From NCBI RefSeq assembly GCF_006345805.1, contig NC_042999.1:142476001-142540000 (forward strand): a stretch of DNA of 64,000 bases, in the 5' to 3' direction. Shown piece by piece: positions 63,201 through 64,000 of the stretch; position 1 is the first letter of the stretch; each line of letters opens with the position of its first letter. Below the pieces are notes generated by a model, which was not told the origin of the DNA, did not search any database, and saw only the letters and a list, made by a program, of their open reading frames with translations. This DNA comes from Octopus sinensis (Eukaryota). The translations under genes were made by a program, and so were the position numbers.

Positions 63201-64000
63201 TGTTGTTCCTGCATCTACATCTACCTCTTCATAGCTACCCCGCTCTAAAAAGTTTAGAGGTAGCTGGTCATACGTTTCATGGGAAACAAGGTGAGAATTT
63301 GGAACTGAACAAGCAGAGGCTCAAACCCTGGTGCTGCAAGTGAACGTTATGGTAATTCTTTTGGTAGCTGATACAGAAGTGGAGTGCCAATCATACATCC
63401 AGGTATTTTTTACATACGAGACACTATCTCAAGGGAAATTGCTGTCCAAGGCTTAAGGCTTCTCCCTAGCCATGAGGTAAATTTATCCTGCACCAGACAC
63501 CAACTGGGTATTTCTGTTCTGCAGTTGGTTTTTCTTATAAGAGACTTCTTTCTCTTAGGCAGACTGCTTTCACCTCGACTCAGGGAATCCTGTCTATCTC
63601 ATTCCATCTATGCAGGGCATGGATGTTATGCTATGTGGGGTGTACCCCCACATACCCCAATCTCAGATAGAAAGATGAAGATAAAATACAGATAAGAAAA
63701 TAAAATAATTCAGGTATGTAGAAGTATATAAAAATTAAAAATTTTATACAATATATAAAACACAACACCCACAAAAATACACACACAACAACAAACACAC
63801 ACACACACACACAAACTTTCACACACTCGTCACAATTAAACATTGTTGAATTGGCCGTTGACTACACAGTAGTTCTTCCACCCTTTGACAGGTCTTATTT
63901 TTCATCCCGCAGAGTGTCTAATGTCACCCTCCTCACCAAGCAAGCTTGATGGGGTTGCCAGTTTAATTGCTGATGACCCGACCATATGACAGGTTGTACG

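Noticed and set aside
63830-64000. GC-richer segment at the window end
   Set aside because: Probably a repeat fragment, but it is truncated by the window and has no diagnostic motif.

Overview
AT-rich, microsatellite-dense animal genomic DNA. The SINE/LINE families and the repeat landscape suggest an octopus-like cephalopod; this is inferred, not shown. I can support only one host-gene piece: an 821-bp internal coding exon (47644-48464, minus strand) of a synaptotagmin of the Syt9/6/10 group, encoding the transmembrane segment, linker and C2A domain. The rest is transposon-derived and probably largely intronic. It includes a same-orientation cluster of R4/Dong-type RLE retrotransposons in (TAA)n tracts (1-8.8 kb) and several RTE-group LINEs, some with triple C-terminal C2H2 fingers and one with a PHD-type finger inside the RT region. 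It also holds a CR1-like fragment, hAT remnants and a hAT MITE, a large unclassified decayed transposase-like sequence, an internally deleted Trp-primed LTR element, Helitron-like elements, many tRNA-derived SINEs and three Penelope-like elements (PLEs). The most striking structure is a young 3.8-kb palindrome (54764-58556) of two divergent, 5'-truncated GIY-YIG PLE copies in a (TA)n tract. Each arm carries a minimal hammerhead ribozyme with a compensated U3-A8 core. Two short foldback elements elsewhere share the same (TA)n-arm-arm'-tail-(TA)n layout. Coordinates were counted by eye, and the boundaries of decayed elements are approximate.
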